From Cercozoa sp. M6MM (taxonomy: Eukaryota > Protista > Endomyxa: Ascetosporea), in NCBI GenBank assembly GCA_040357565.1, contig JBDODJ010000058.1: DNA of 64,000 bases. One strand, 5' to 3'. Under the pieces are notes generated by a model. That model saw nothing but the letters and a program-made list of their open reading frames with translations, did not search any database and was not told the origin of the DNA. Shown here piece after piece: positions 1 to 22,039 of the stretch. The translations under genes and the position numbers were made by a program. The number at the start of each line of letters is the position of its first letter. The stretch's first letter is position 1.

Positions 1-913
1 CGCGAGGTACATTTTTCGACCACACCCCACACGAAGAAGAAAACAGTTCCCGGACACGTTGCCTAGGGACGTGTGCGTATCACGGCGCAGCAGCGCTGTC
101 TTGCGGTTCGATTGCTACGACTCGGACACACCAACGAACACGGTGCCAATAAAATTATCAATTGAAGGGATGATGAACATACAAAATATTTAACTTGGTG
201 GACCCAGAGGATAGCGCGCATTTCGATACGGCGAGCAATACGTTCGACAGTGCCAGTAGCGACAGAGAGAGCGCAAACTGTCTTCCTGAGGTGCGCGGCT
301 GCTTATTCCAGTGTCTTATGGATGTGTATGTGTGTGTGTGTGTGTTGGGTCTGTGTGTGTGTGTGTGTGTGTGTTGTGTGTGTGTGTGTTGTGTGTGTGT
401 GTGTGTGTTGTGTGTGTGTGTGTGTGTTGTGTGTGTGTGTGTTGTGTGTGTGTGTGTTGTGTGTGTTGTGTGTGTGTGTGTTGCTATCGATATGCTGTAT
501 CTGTGCATCTGATTTCAGGCGCTGGCGAAACATTTTGTGGCAGTTGCGTTGACGCGCATGCGCCGTCGACCGCTTGACTGGATGCGTGCTGCACCTCAGG
601 TCTCCTCCCGGTGTATCCTCATGTATGTGCACGTGTTGTGGACTTTGCATACTGCAGCGTGTGTACATTCGCGCCGTGAGTCCAGTGGTATCGCGTCATC
701 GGGCAGAGAACCACGTGCTACGACAGGGTGCCCTACGATGCTTGCCCACCTTCCGTGGCAATGCCAGCAGGTGTGGCATTTAACCTTTTGTGATTCTTTT
801 CTTGCAGCGAACAAAAAGTACGCATGCGTTCTTGCAGCGACGCCGAGGCCTTCCTGGCTGGCGACGCAGGCGACAATGTAGTCGCTGTTACCAGTAGCGT
901 TTCCCTGTTCTAG
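1..913 (+). CDS. 3' part of a multi-exon hypothetical protein (5' end outside window)
   Basis: GT-AG exons join in frame (DSAHFDTASN...LPE|ALAKHFVAVALTRMRR...|RVYIRAVSP...|EQKVRMRSCSDAEAF...SLF*), TAG at 911-913. No family recognised. Confidence 0.5.
321..481. repeat. (GT)n intronic microsatellite, representative of dozens of CA/GT tracts in the window
   Basis: Seen directly. Similar tracts at about 2250, 3210, 4600, 7205, 12755, 14380, 15645, 16860, 20680, 23250, 28895, 30170, 39510, 43560, 44320, 44780, 47300, 48450, 49010 and 55080; many flank N gaps. Confidence 0.95.
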
Positions 914-1419
914 CCTTCGCTCAGTTCTCGGTTGGGCACGCGGCTTGCAGCCCGCGGCCCTTGCGTTACGTTTGGCCTGCAGCTACTACCTGTATCCAAC
1001 TACCCGTAGCCTACTGTACTACACAGATAATACGGGGCACTACCCCCCCCCCCCCCCCCCTCGCCTGGAGGGGATTTTCGAAATTACTAGGATTTTGGAG
1101 GTTCAGCGCTTTAAAAGAGACACAGGCCCAGCCAAAACGTCCTAGGGAGTATAGGAGAACTACAAGCAACAGGGAGGGCATCTGCGCAGCATGCGCAGCA
1201 AGCAGCGCTGCGGCGACTGTCGCAAGAAGCGACCTGGGAGGAGGGCTTTATTCGCTTAATAAGCCACTGTGCGTTGAGAAAAGCCAAGTGAATCTAGAAC
1301 TAGAAATAAAAAAAAATAATAGATAATGACTGCACCGATCGTTTTTGTAGAATACTATAAATTTTCGAGAAGTGGTCAGTCTGGGGTACGCGAGTACGCG
1401 AGCGCGCGGAGTGTACGGC

Positions 1420-1496
1420 GTAGACACAGCCATGCTCCTGTGACCCACCCCGGACTGGAGCTGCTTAGTTGGTTTCATATATGATTCAACTAACTG
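1420..1496 (+). mobile_element. 3' end fragment of non-LTR retroelement family A
   Basis: CCATGCTCCTGTGACCCACCCCGGACTGG...GTTGGTTTC...TCAACTAACT closely matches 25662-25743 and 13005-13090. Confidence 0.75.
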
Positions 1497-1608
1497 TACG
1501 GCGGAATCATGCGCACTCGCGGCCTGCGCCCGGCCGGCACGTCGGTCTTCCGCTCGCGTCGCGTCGGTGGCTCACGTCGGTCACACTTGGCTCGGTCACA
1601 CTTACACG

Positions 1609-2261
1609 CTAGTCGCCGGCGAAGCTAACACTGAAACTCGAACGGTCAGGCACCACGCGAATGCGCTTGGCTTCCTTCGTCAAGAATCATGCAAACAGTA
1701 CGTATACATTCGTCCGCTACGTGTGTAGCCTAAAACGGGTGCAAGTACCTCAGTTTGAAACACGGCGTTGACGTTTGCAAAGTCAAAGGCATCTTCGCTC
1801 TCCTGCACATCGATTTGTAGAGTTTTTCAACCTCTTGTTGTGTCGGTCAAAATCGCGTACCGTAATCCGCTGGTAGGCCACGAGTAGGTTGTCAAACGAA
1901 GCGAACAGGAGCTGCACACGCAGTTCCAGCTGGTCGTCCGTCGTATCGGCATCCTCAACGGAGGTGACAAAAGTGTCTGACAGCGGATGCAACAGTGCCT
2001 GCCTCAACGCTTCATCTTGAGTTCCACCCTGTGATACACCAGAGATAAACTTAAGCATACAGTTCCACCCAAAGACACATCCGAGATAAACTTAAGCATA
2101 TCTTACCACAACAAGCTCAGTGAGATTGACGTTCGTCACCCTGTAGTAAGTCAATATACATGAGTTTTCCATATACATCCAACAGACAGCTCCTGACCTA
2201 CTTTAGTGCAGGCATCGTAAGACTCGATGCAGCTCGTAGTGCGTCCACCTACACACACACA

Positions 2262-2299
<38 letters not shown>

Positions 2300-4621
2300 C
2301 ACACGCACACACTGATACGCAGATAGGGCAGCGACAGACAACCTGTTTACCACCCCGGCAACAGCGAGATCGAGAAGAACAAGATCGTGGAGCAGCAAAA
2401 CTCCATTGCTCTCGAATAGCGCCTGTTAACGCGCCCAGTGTGAATATGCAGAGTACAAATGCAGCCACGTACCTGCCCTGTGGCAGCGTCACGCACTCGC
2501 AGTGGTCCAAACCGCGCGTCCGCCAACGATAAACCTGCGAGCACACCAATTTATTGTATGTGAGTCGGAGGAAACTGAAACATACCACTCAGGGTGAGCT
2601 CGAAATCAACTCGAAAACGACGTTTGCTGTATGAAACAGTATTTTATGCGCCACCAACAGATTAAATACACAGTTACCGAAAGATTGCGCAAGTGTCTAA
2701 GTCGGTCTCCAGTAGTCTGTGGAGTTGCAAGTGTAACAGCATTCACAGAGAGAGTAAAGTAGTGCACATCCGTGCCTGAGCTGTTCAACGGCTCGGCGAC
2801 CTTCGTCGTTTTGAGTCAGAAAGTCATTGAGAGTGCTCTGTTGTTGAGTATGCGTAAAATGCTGTCGAGGTTTCGGCATCAGGAGAATGATGTACCTGCT
2901 GCGTCTGAGTCAATTCTCGGTGGAGAATTCCAACGCCGCAACATCCTACATCGGTATACTTGAGCCTCAACTGAAACCTACAGATTTACTCGCTAAAAAA
3001 CTCTACCCAGAGGCGGGGCATTCGTGACAAACAGGCGATGGAGTGCTGTGCAGGACAGTTTCTGCAACAAATACAAAACAGACATTCAAAAACAAAACGA
3101 AACAAACAACTACTTCAAAAAACAAACACATGCCCTAGTATTGGCGGCAGCGTTCACGAGAAACTCGTCGTTTGGGTTGTCTTCCTACTCTCATCATCAA
3201 ACTTTGTGTGCTGTGTGTGTGTGTGGATATGTGTGTGTATGTATGTGTGTATGTGTGTNNNNNNNNNNGTGTGGATATGTGTGTGTATGTATGTGTGTAT
3301 GTGTGTGTGTGCGCGCGCGCGCGTGTGTGTGTGTGTGGGTGTAAGTGGTACAAATTCCAGCGCACAGCGTATCAGTTCACGTAGCGGCAGAGCGAATTCG
3401 AGGAACTGGCCGCAGAAATCAAAGATGAGACCGCTAACGCCGGCCACACTCCGCAGTACCTAGTGGGTCCATTGCATCTTGTGAGGCGCGAACGACTATA
3501 CAGAGCTTAAGCAGTTACCAAATCGGCAAATATGTCAGCGGACAGCGTATTTTCACTCGATTCTGGGACTGCCGTTCCTGCAAAGAGTGCGCTTGCGTGT
3601 TTGTGCAGTTTCCAAAGGCTGGCAATATGATACCCTCCTCGCGAGCTGTATCGATGTTTAGCTGCGAGGGAACCGACGAACGCGCTCCTGGCAAGTTCAC
3701 CGAGCCACTCGCAGTGCTTGTTGACTGTACACGTTAGCTATTTTCATACGTTATACATGGCATCAGGTGAGAGATACCGACGCATGGAACTGACGCGCGC
3801 AGTCGAAGTTCTGCCGGACCAGACGCCTTGCAGCGCGTTCTGCCCTGCGAATATTGGAACGTACGCGTGCATGTGCACTTGTGTATGTGTAAAAATGTAC
3901 CGGTGCAGGATTTCGGACCGCTCTTGCACCGACATCACGAGTGGTAATGCAGGAGTCACTTCTAACACTACTCGCAAACATATTCACGCATATCGGTTAT
4001 GCATCAAGCACAGATAAGTACGTAACTTACCCGTGCTGTTGTTCTCATCAGTTTCGTTGACAAATCGCAAACTTGGGCGTGGGGTATGCCTCGATATCTC
4101 TGAACAGGTTAGTGTACTGACACGCAAACAACGAGCATAGGTTTAAGGAACCCGATTCAACAAAGGCGCTCACAAGAGCCTGCGCACGTGCTGCAAAGCA
4201 TGCACCGTCGCCACACAACTGCACACAAAGAAAAGATAGGACAATCTGCAGAAGGAAAAAGACTGAAGTTTACGGCAGAGTAGACACGCAGCATGTCGGC
4301 AACGCTCGTATCGACCCACCTATACCACAGTCGGATTGCGCACAACAAAAACCTGCTGTTACGAAATTGCACCCAAGCGCATTCATGCGACGCCTTGCAA
4401 CCGCATGCGCAAACTTGGACGCATCGCACGCCACTGTGCTTAGTCTGAACGCCCAGGATACTGCAAGCAACAGACCAACTCAAGTGCAGTACATGTGCCT
4501 GTACCTTTGGCGAGCACATCCGTACTGAAACAAAGTCTGCAGCAACGCCGCTTCAGTGCCACTCGAGGTCGTTGTTGGCAGTGTCTGCGAAGACACGCAC
4601 ACATACATACATACACACACA

Positions 4622-4691
<70 letters not shown>

Positions 4692-5621
4692 AAAGTAAAA
4701 CTCGGCTCACATCATAAAGAAACAGATCGATGCACGTGCGTGCAGGCAGTGGCTGCGACAAAGACGACAGCGTCTTTGCAATTTTACACAAACACGCACT
4801 GTACGTCTCACATGCACGCCTTGCAGAGCGGAAACTTATAGACACCTGTGCGGCACTGCTCGTGATGTGAGGCGAGACAGTCGCACACACCTAATGAAAA
4901 TTAAAATCTTGTGCATTGAAAGATGTCTTGTCCATTGTATACGGTGTACCTGAGCACCGATATCGAAAGCGGTGTCCACCGCCAAGTCGTCGAGTAACCT
5001 CACTAAAGTCATACAATCACAAGAAAAGACACTACAGTATTTGTACCGATATATAATACCCTCAGCATGCGTGTAGCAAAAGGAGGCGGTGCGACTGTTC
5101 CTCAGGCATGGAACTTCGTACAACATTGTCCGCCACCTAAACACGGTCAATCTCATTGATACAGCCTTGTTATCTGCCTCGTGTCGGTCGGTACCTCTCA
5201 GGAAAAAGGTCGCAGCTTTCCACTGCTTTGAGTAACGGTTGCCGACATTCCGCGCAGAAGCTCTAAATCAAAGTATCAAAACATGCTCACCTCAACAAGA
5301 TCTTTAAGGTTTAAACAAACTCACGGAGAGATCGTCATGTGAACACAGTGACAGCGACAGGCAAAGCTCGGACTCATCGGCTGCCACGGCATGGGTACGC
5401 TGAACGGAGCGAGTTACACATGGCCAGGCACGCACCAGTACAGCGCGACACTCCTGGGTGATGTTGGAGCCGCCGCCAATCGCACGCAGCACGGCGACGT
5501 TGATTTCAGAAAGACGCCCGAAGGACGGTCTTCGCTCCAGCGAGCGGCGCGTTGACTGCGATCTCGCCCTCAGCGACGCTAGATACACCAGCAAAAAGGC
5601 GAGTAAAGCCACTAACCTCAT
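1609..5621 (-). CDS. multi-exon secreted or membrane Cys-rich hypothetical protein
   Basis: First exon MRLVALLAFLLVYLASLRA looks like a signal peptide. Cys-rich exons follow (FCAECRQPLLKAVESCDLF, VPCLRNSRTASFCY). Last exons ESEDAFDFANVNAVFQTE|EAKRIRVVPDRSSFSVSFAGD*. Internal exons not all resolved. Confidence 0.5.
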
Positions 5622-5934
5622 TAAAAGTCATACCAACCTATAGCTATTAATACAGGTACATTGGGCATACGCGTGGATGTCGAGCGATTCAAATACCAAC
5701 TCCTCATTAAAAAATATCCAGCTGAAAAAGTTCACTCGAGTTGGATCAACGAGTCGTCGTTTTTCTGTGGACTATGAGCGTGCGCACACGCGTGTACTTA
5801 CTCGTTAGTGTGCCAGAAACTCCTAAATTTGACCGTAGCGCGTATTGATTTGCAAGGCCAACTGCAGCTTGGTTGATCAGGCAGTAAGTTTACAGTACAT
5901 AGAGTTCCCACTGTGTTGGAGTGCACACTCGTTG

Positions 5935-7180
5935 ATGTCTGCGCCACCTTACCACTCCGTTGAGCACAATGAGGTACCTGCGGTAAATTTGTGTTTTTGT
6001 AATCCGAGATAATCCGAGATGTGTGGCGTTATGCTTCATTTCTTGTTGTCGCAGGTGGCTGCAGTCCCGCACCCCCTGGTATATCTCCTCGTGCGTACGG
6101 GAGTGTATGTCTTAACCCAAATATCGATAGGTGGGTGCTCGACGCGCGCCGCTTCCGGAAGAATTGTTCCTCCGCACTTTCCGCTTCCTCGCTCTCGATG
6201 ACCGCGCACGTGCGGTTTGTTTGCCTAGCATCAGTTTGTGTTTATTCGATGTATCATAATTGCAGGCACGTGTATGCCGACATTGGCATAGTATGATGCG
6301 ACAATCTGACCTGTATCTTACGTGTTTGAGTTTGCATTGTGCGTATCCACGCCTTGTCTGCTTAGTTGGTTTTCGCTCGATCTGAGTCCAACCGCAAGTT
6401 TGCTAACCGATGGCATGCTTCGCAAGGTGCCCATTAGTTCCAAAAGAACTATTTTCAACAGTTGCAGCCATGTTCTGAGCAGGCGCTCCAGCAACGACAG
6501 TTTGTGATGCTGGAATCACTTTCCTTGGGTACTATGTCTGTGGTATTTCGTGTCGGTAGTATCGGCTTGCTTACAGAAATGTGCGCGCTGCTCACACCGA
6601 AGGCTCTTGATATTGTTGCCGAAGAACAGCCCAACTTGAAGGTATTTTCTACCCTAGATGTGTCTGCTTGCTGTATCTGTTTGTGGAGTTAGGTGCTGTT
6701 GCTCACGCACGCCTGCAGCACTGGCTACACGTCGCATTTGCCAGTGAACAAAATTGCTCGTTTCGTACGCTTGTTTTGCATGGCCTAAATCTCTTCGCGT
6801 TGACAAACCACGTCTTTTATTTTTTAGTGCCAAAGAATGACGAACTTGCGCAAAATCGAGCTGTTGGTGTGTTAGTTTTGCGTTGATCGATTTATCCTTG
6901 CGTGTTGTGAATATCTCATCTCATCGCACAGGGCGCGATTGAAGATCCGAATGGCCACGTAGCCCTTCAATTGGTGCTTTGTTTTTTGTAAGTTTCCTTA
7001 TCGTTGCTTTTACATGTGTACACAGAGGGAGCTACTGCCGAACATTGATTTCGGTTTTCTCTTTCGACGCGCGCTGTCCAAGGTTGATCTCTGAGCTCTG
7101 TGTTTAGTATCGCCGTGTTTTATTACTGATTTACAGACGAACATGGTTCATCATCCGCGGATCCTGCCTCCTGTACCCTC

Positions 7181-7252
<72 letters not shown>

Positions 7253-10200
7253 GGTACGCATGTGCTGCAGGGTGCCCCTCCGGACCTCCTAGTGCACGAC
7301 GCGCAGGCTGAGGAAAGGTATACTTTCGCTGCTCCGTGTCACATTAATCTCTAGCTGTGCATTTGTTTCTGTAAGCAGCAGTACTAACTCGCAGCAACGG
7401 CTCTTGATTCCCAATGTCCAGAATCCAAGGTTGCCGTCAGCTTCGATGCAGCACATGGAACCCCAGGCACACCAACAATCAGGGCCACGCTTGGGCCTGC
7501 AACCGCCTTCGTCACTTATTGTACTAAGTTATCATGTGCATTATGTGCGATGTGTATGCGTACGGCTGTATGCTATTCCAGAGTGATGAGTTTTCGGGCG
7601 AATTTGGCAGCGATCCGCTGACGCAACTACCCGTGGTTGCTTTAGGTAGCGTGATTTTCTTGAAATAAGAGTTCGACTTATGTGTTTGTGCTTATAATAC
7701 AGTGGTGTTACCGGAGCACCGATTCAACCGGACCAGCGAACATGATTTAACAGCTGCTGCGTGCGCTTTTGCTGGTATTACCCGTGCTGCTTGAGTTTTT
7801 TCCTATCGAATGCTTGGCATACAGAGAACATGGACGCTGATATTGGCAATTGCGGTGGCGACGTGCATGGGCGGTACTCAGTGTTTGGGCATTTATGTGT
7901 ATCTGTATCTGTCTGCTTGGTTGTGTATGGTACAGTTTGGTGTATGACTCCGTGTCTTGGCGAATTCCGGGAAAGTACCCTGCCATGGTAACTCTAAGTG
8001 TATGAGACGTATTAATGCTTAAAACGCGCGTACTTTCAGGTGCACTACGCGTGCCGACGGCACAGAAATCAAGTGTTCCGCGGCAACGACGTCTGGCACT
8101 GCCAGGTGTGTCAGTCAGCGTACCTGGCGAACAGTATGGCTACCGAAGTGACGTGCTCACTTTGCAACGATCGGTATTATCAAGGCATAACCTGCACCCT
8201 GCATTTTAAAATACAGCTGTTTGGCCAATTCGTTTAGCGCTCAAATGACGGCCCAGCGGCGTTGGATTTCTCTAGACCTTGCCACAGAGGTCTGCTCTGT
8301 GTTTTCTCGTGCGCTAGGAGTACTGGTTTAACGAGTGCAGGAAGAAGTTCTCATCTCCCATCTCAGCTTTGGCAACATTCTGGAACGCACTGGTATTCTT
8401 GCGTTACACCAAAAACACTTTTGCACTTACAAGCATGTGCAGTGGTATTGTCAAACCGTCGCAATCTTCCGTCGTCGCTCGAAATCGTTGCGTCTGTACG
8501 TTGTACGCTCGACGTGAACCAAGAGGTAGGGCAGACTTTACCAAGCGTTGTTTGCAATGCACTGTTTTCCTTCACGTCTGGGCGTAGTCGATGCAGTCGC
8601 CGCCGTCGTTTGCTCAGCAAGTGCAACAACAGGTACTTGATCATTTGCTGCATGTATCTCTGTGGGTCATGTTAACAGCGAGAGGAACAGCAACAGCAAG
8701 TGGACGATCTTGACTTCCTTAACGCTCCTGATGATGGCCCGGGGGAAGAGGATGAAGAAAAAGAGGACGAACCGTTGTTAAACAACGTCGATCGTGGCGT
8801 GTCCTATCTTGCCTTCTGGCAGCACAATGAACCGCAAGTCAACTTGCACGTTGAACAGGTACCTGCGAAGTTGTAGTTTTGGTAGTATGGAAACACACGT
8901 GTTTATTGTGATACAGATAAAGAGTGCACTGCTCGAAGCGCGTCGCCGCAACAATACAAGGGCGCTGCTGGTGTACCGTCCTGGTGACGAATGCGATCAC
9001 ATCGATGTCGTCGTGGATAGGTACATCTTACTGACTTCCCTGCCATCCAGACTTATACATGTGATGTGATCACAGAAGAAGTGCGATAAAGTCGCCTGTG
9101 CATGAGACGTCGCTACGATCTCTGTACTTTGTCCGTGAGTGCAGAAGGAGCGATGGATGTGCGCAAAATTGTTTCATGAGCAGGTACAGTGGGTGGAGTG
9201 CCTTCTGGCTGATTGCGTTGCCGATCTTGGCCATGTCGGTTGTGTTGCCGATGCTGGTTTGGTATGCACTCTGATGTGCGTGTGTGCATTCGTATTCCAA
9301 CATGTGCGCTGTGTAGGATGTATCGTCCGCTGTCGGCTTTCGACTCTATCGACAACGGTATCAAAGGCCGCGTTCATCAAAGTGCGTATTTCCACTTAAA
9401 TGTGTCATAGGAATGGGAGTTCCGGCGATTGTTGTGCAAACAAGACAAGGTAATTCCGAACTTTGTGTGTTCAGGCCCATATGCTGTGCACAACATTCGC
9501 CACTTCAGATACACCGGCTTATTGGTTGCCGCTTGTTGTCATCGCTGGGTACTTTGCCTCCACATGCTGTCTGAGTGGGATGAATTGTGTACGTCCTTGG
9601 TATTCGCGCAGTGTGCTGGCAATATTTGCCTTGGCGACTTGGATGGCTGCAAGGTACTTTGCACTTTTGTCTTTTGTTCAAATGTGTCTCTAGACAAGTG
9701 CACCATAGACACCGTGAGACGTGTGAACGAATTTTCCGCAAATTCCTCGTACCGCTCGATGGACATATGAACGCATCAATATGAAACGCATCACTGTGTG
9801 TACGCACTGCGCAGGTGGTGGATTCGATGTTGATATTGAGTGTCGGCACCGGAATCATCCTGTTCACGCTGTGGTTAGTTTTGGGCGTTTCTACATTTCG
9901 AAGGGTGTGCGAGGATTTGCAACCGGTGCAGGTTCGCGTTGTCTGCTGGTCGACATCTTCCGATGGATGTCTTCGCTTTCGTTTTCGTGTGTTGGAATGT
10001 TGGTAGTTTCTCTTTTGCCTTGAATATCTCTCTTTCTGTTACACCGTTGTTGCGACGCAGGTGGTCTGGGGGTGGCGGCGTTGTGGTTGCACGTACCTTC
10101 GGTGCTGCCAAAGATTTCTGTCGCTTTTCTCACTGCCATCATGGTGCGGACTCTTTCTTGTTAGTAAGTGCGGGCTCTTTCTTGTTAGTAAGTGCGCTGC

Positions 10201-10978
10201 TTGCTTCGACTCGCGTGTTTGTGCAGGCTTTTGTGGTGACTGTTGTGCTGGGACCGTATGCTTTTGTGCTGACGACGCTTGTTGCTTTCCTTGATTTTGC
10301 TTGCTGGACCGCGGGTGTTGACTGGTATGCTCCACTGTCTGACTGTGCTTCTGCTTTACAGATGGGTTTTTGACAGGTTGATGCCGTTCCTGTCGCAAAA
10401 CATAATTCCAGAACATCTGACACCGCGCCTTTACTACCAGGTAGACTTTCTATGTGGATGTGTAAATGTATGGATTATTTCTTTAGGTGAGAGGAGTACG
10501 AGTGCGCATCTTCGACTTAATGCTGGTAAGCACTGTCATATTTGCTTTCTTTTTGTCATCTGTTACGCTGCCACTCTGCTTAGGCATCGCTGTGCTTTGG
10601 AGCACTTCCACTCCTAATGTACGTTTCAGTGTTAGAGATATTTAGCCGTGTATCTTTATTGCTGTCTTCCTGTAGCGACCGGTTCGTGTTGGCGTCTCTC
10701 TTGTTCACGACCGTGTTTGTTACAAGCGTATTTGCTGCGCCTTTGCTGCTCGCTGGCGCCTGCCGTCCGTAATATTTTTGTTTCTGTCATGTTTTTCTGC
10801 AAACGTTTTTGTTTAGGCTACCACTGTTTTGGCTCGCATTTTTGTTTATGGTGCTACTGATTGACGACAAGGCCGCCAGTGTGGTCCGACAGGTAAATTT
10901 CTGATTGGTGCATGATACCTTGAGACGGTATTGTTCTCGGTGTGACAGGCATCGCGTTGGGAGACACCTTTGATCTGA
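5935..10978 (+). CDS. F-box protein with Cys-rich middle and hydrophobic C-terminal segments (many short introns)
   Basis: Exon 3 LPEELFLRTFRFLALDDRA matches the F-box start motif. Later exons include WHCQVCQ...TCSLCND, acidic DDGPGEEDEEKEDE and hydrophobic YWLPLVVIAG|VLAIFALATWMAA. Could be two genes. Confidence 0.55.
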
Positions 10979-11204
10979 CGACGACATTCAGTCACTTGAT
11001 TACGTTGGTGCTAATTCAAACCGTCGCGTTGCATTCACGTTCTGTTCTACGCTGCCTCCGCTCGAACGAAAAGCAAAAACCGAACATACGGTAGTCGAGT
11101 TAGGGTTCTGTGACGTAAGTTACAGCTTTTTGCCGCATTCTATGTACTAATGCGAGGACACTTAGTTTAGAGCGCAATCACGGAAATCTTACGTACATAA
11201 ATTT

Positions 11205-11350
11205 ACATACATACGATACTGACGTACATACATACATACTGACGTACATACATACATACATACACACATACATACATACATACATACACATACATACATA
11301 CATACATACACATACATACAGACATACATACATACAAACAGACAGACATA
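11205..11350. repeat. (CATA)n tetranucleotide tract
   Basis: Seen directly. Confidence 0.9.
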
Positions 11351-11713
11351 TCATGATGCGCGGTGCTCATAGACCCAGTGCTTTTCGGCTTTGCAATGCT
11401 GTGTTTATCTGCCGATTAAACTGAATATAGGATCCGTAGACAGGGCTAGTCAGGGCACGAGAGTAGCGTTTTTTTAAAAGAAAGCAGCAGGAAGAAAGTC
11501 AGGGCACTAGAGTAGCGTTTTTTTTAAAGAACGCAGCAGAACGAAAGAAGAAACGCTGTCAACATTTATCGAAGACGCTCCGACATCGTTGGTCAGAAAC
11601 ATTTGCAGGACAGCGTAGTTCACTATACGACCTGCAGACACCAGAGAGCAACGGAGCTCCGAGTTTTGATATCTGACGAGCTGACTTCAACTCGACCAAG
11701 ATTTGATTGAAAA

Positions 11714-12344
11714 ATGGGATGCAGCGCAAGTTCGCAGGCACACCCAGCCATGGACAGCACGCCATTAGTCAAGCAGGCTGAGACACCCGAACAAGCGAGC
11801 GGCGAGAATGTGCAGCAAGTAGAGCATGCGCACCGGCAAGACACCGGCACTGAAAAAGAGACTGGGAAAGCACTCCTGGATGAAGAACAACAAGGGAAAA
11901 CTGAAGAGGTGGTCGCAGAGGTTGCCGAAGAAGTTGCCGAAGAGCTCGTGGCTGATCAAGATCAGGAGAAGGTCGAAGAGGTGATAGAAGAAGTTATCGA
12001 AGAGCTTGAGGTTGATCTGGATCAGGAAAAGGTCGAAGCGGCTGTCGAAAAAGTTGTTGAAAGGCTCGAGGACGAGGAACAGCAAAGCCAATTGCAAAGC
12101 GAGGAGGGCCAAAGCGAGGAGGGTATTCATGGGCGAGATGAAGCTGATCCAGTGTTTGAGGGAATTGAGGTATGTTCTTCCGTCTGTCACTTGTGTGTAC
12201 TGGGTCAGGCGCAGCGCGCAGTACCGGCGTCGAATTGCGCGAAAACAGTTGTTTTAATGGTAGTCCGGTCATTTGTCGAAAGAGGACGAAAAGGTCATGG
12301 AACAGGTCGACCAAGAGCAAACTGAGGACTCAGAGATACAGTAA
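11714..12344 (+). CDS. Glu-rich low-complexity protein with N-terminal dual-acylation motif
   Basis: ORF begins MGCSASS (G2 myristoylation, C3 palmitoylation pattern) with repeated EKVEEV-type units. One intron 12170-12263 (GTATGT..GTAG), TAA at 12342-12344. Confidence 0.7.
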
Positions 12345-12752
12345 ATCACCAATCAATTACAGGTGCTACCAAGCAACTAAATTTATGACGCCGATTCGAA
12401 CTGTGCGTACTGGAGCGAGGCCTTGGATTCGTGACACTGAAACCCGATATTCCTAGTGTACAGTAGATGTGACTGTTTAATGTATAAACTTACGGGAGTC
12501 ACGATTTTAATTAATATAAACTGACCCACTAGCAAGTTCAGTTGAGTTCCAATAGCTAAAGTTCAGATACCATCCCGAATAATAATTTAAAAACTCCGTC
12601 GAGATTCGAATCGCACCACTCCGACCGAACCTAGACGAGACCCGCGCCGTGACGGAGACCTAGCGTTGGAGCTCCAGTCAGTCAGCTGTGCAAGCGAATG
12701 TAATACTAGTGATAATGGGGTGCTTCCCATCTGGAGGTACAAAATTACGATC

Positions 12753-12860
<108 letters not shown>

Positions 12861-12960
12861 NNNNNNNNNNNNNNNNNNNNNNNNNNNNNNNNNNNNNNNN
12901 NNNNNNNNNNNNNNNNNNNNNNNNNNNNNNNNNNNNNNNNNNNNNNNNNNNNNNNNNNNN

Positions 12961-13004
<44 letters not shown>

Positions 13005-13006
<2 letters not shown>

Positions 13007-13082
13007 ATGCTCTTGTAATCCACCCCAGTCTGGTGCAGGGGAACTACTTGGTTGCGTTGGTTTCCTGTAAGACGTCAACTAA

Positions 13083-13090
<8 letters not shown>
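13005..13090 (+). mobile_element. 3' end fragment of retroelement family A with (AACT)n tail
   Basis: CCATGCTCTTGTAATCCACCCCAGTCTGGTGCAGGGGAACTAC...GTTGGTTTCCTGTAAGACGTCAACTAACTAACTAC matches 25662-25743. Confidence 0.8.
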
Positions 13091-21843
<8,753 letters not shown>

Positions 21844-22039
21844 GAGAGTTTCTCTTGTTGTGTTAGTACCAAAAGAACCAGCAATCAAATTGGTGAGCTC
21901 GGGCTGGATGGATTGCTGCAAAACCCTTCTTCTTAAAAATGTTGTACAGCAAGACGGCCAGGTACAGTACAAAAATAAAAAATGTGACCAACAAGCTCGA
22001 CGTGGTTTGTTGCTGCAGCAGCAACTCTGTCTCACGCGG

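Noticed and set aside
158-668. His/Thr- and Cys/Val-rich ORFs here and throughout the ORF track
   Set aside because: Translations of (CA/GT)n intronic microsatellites.
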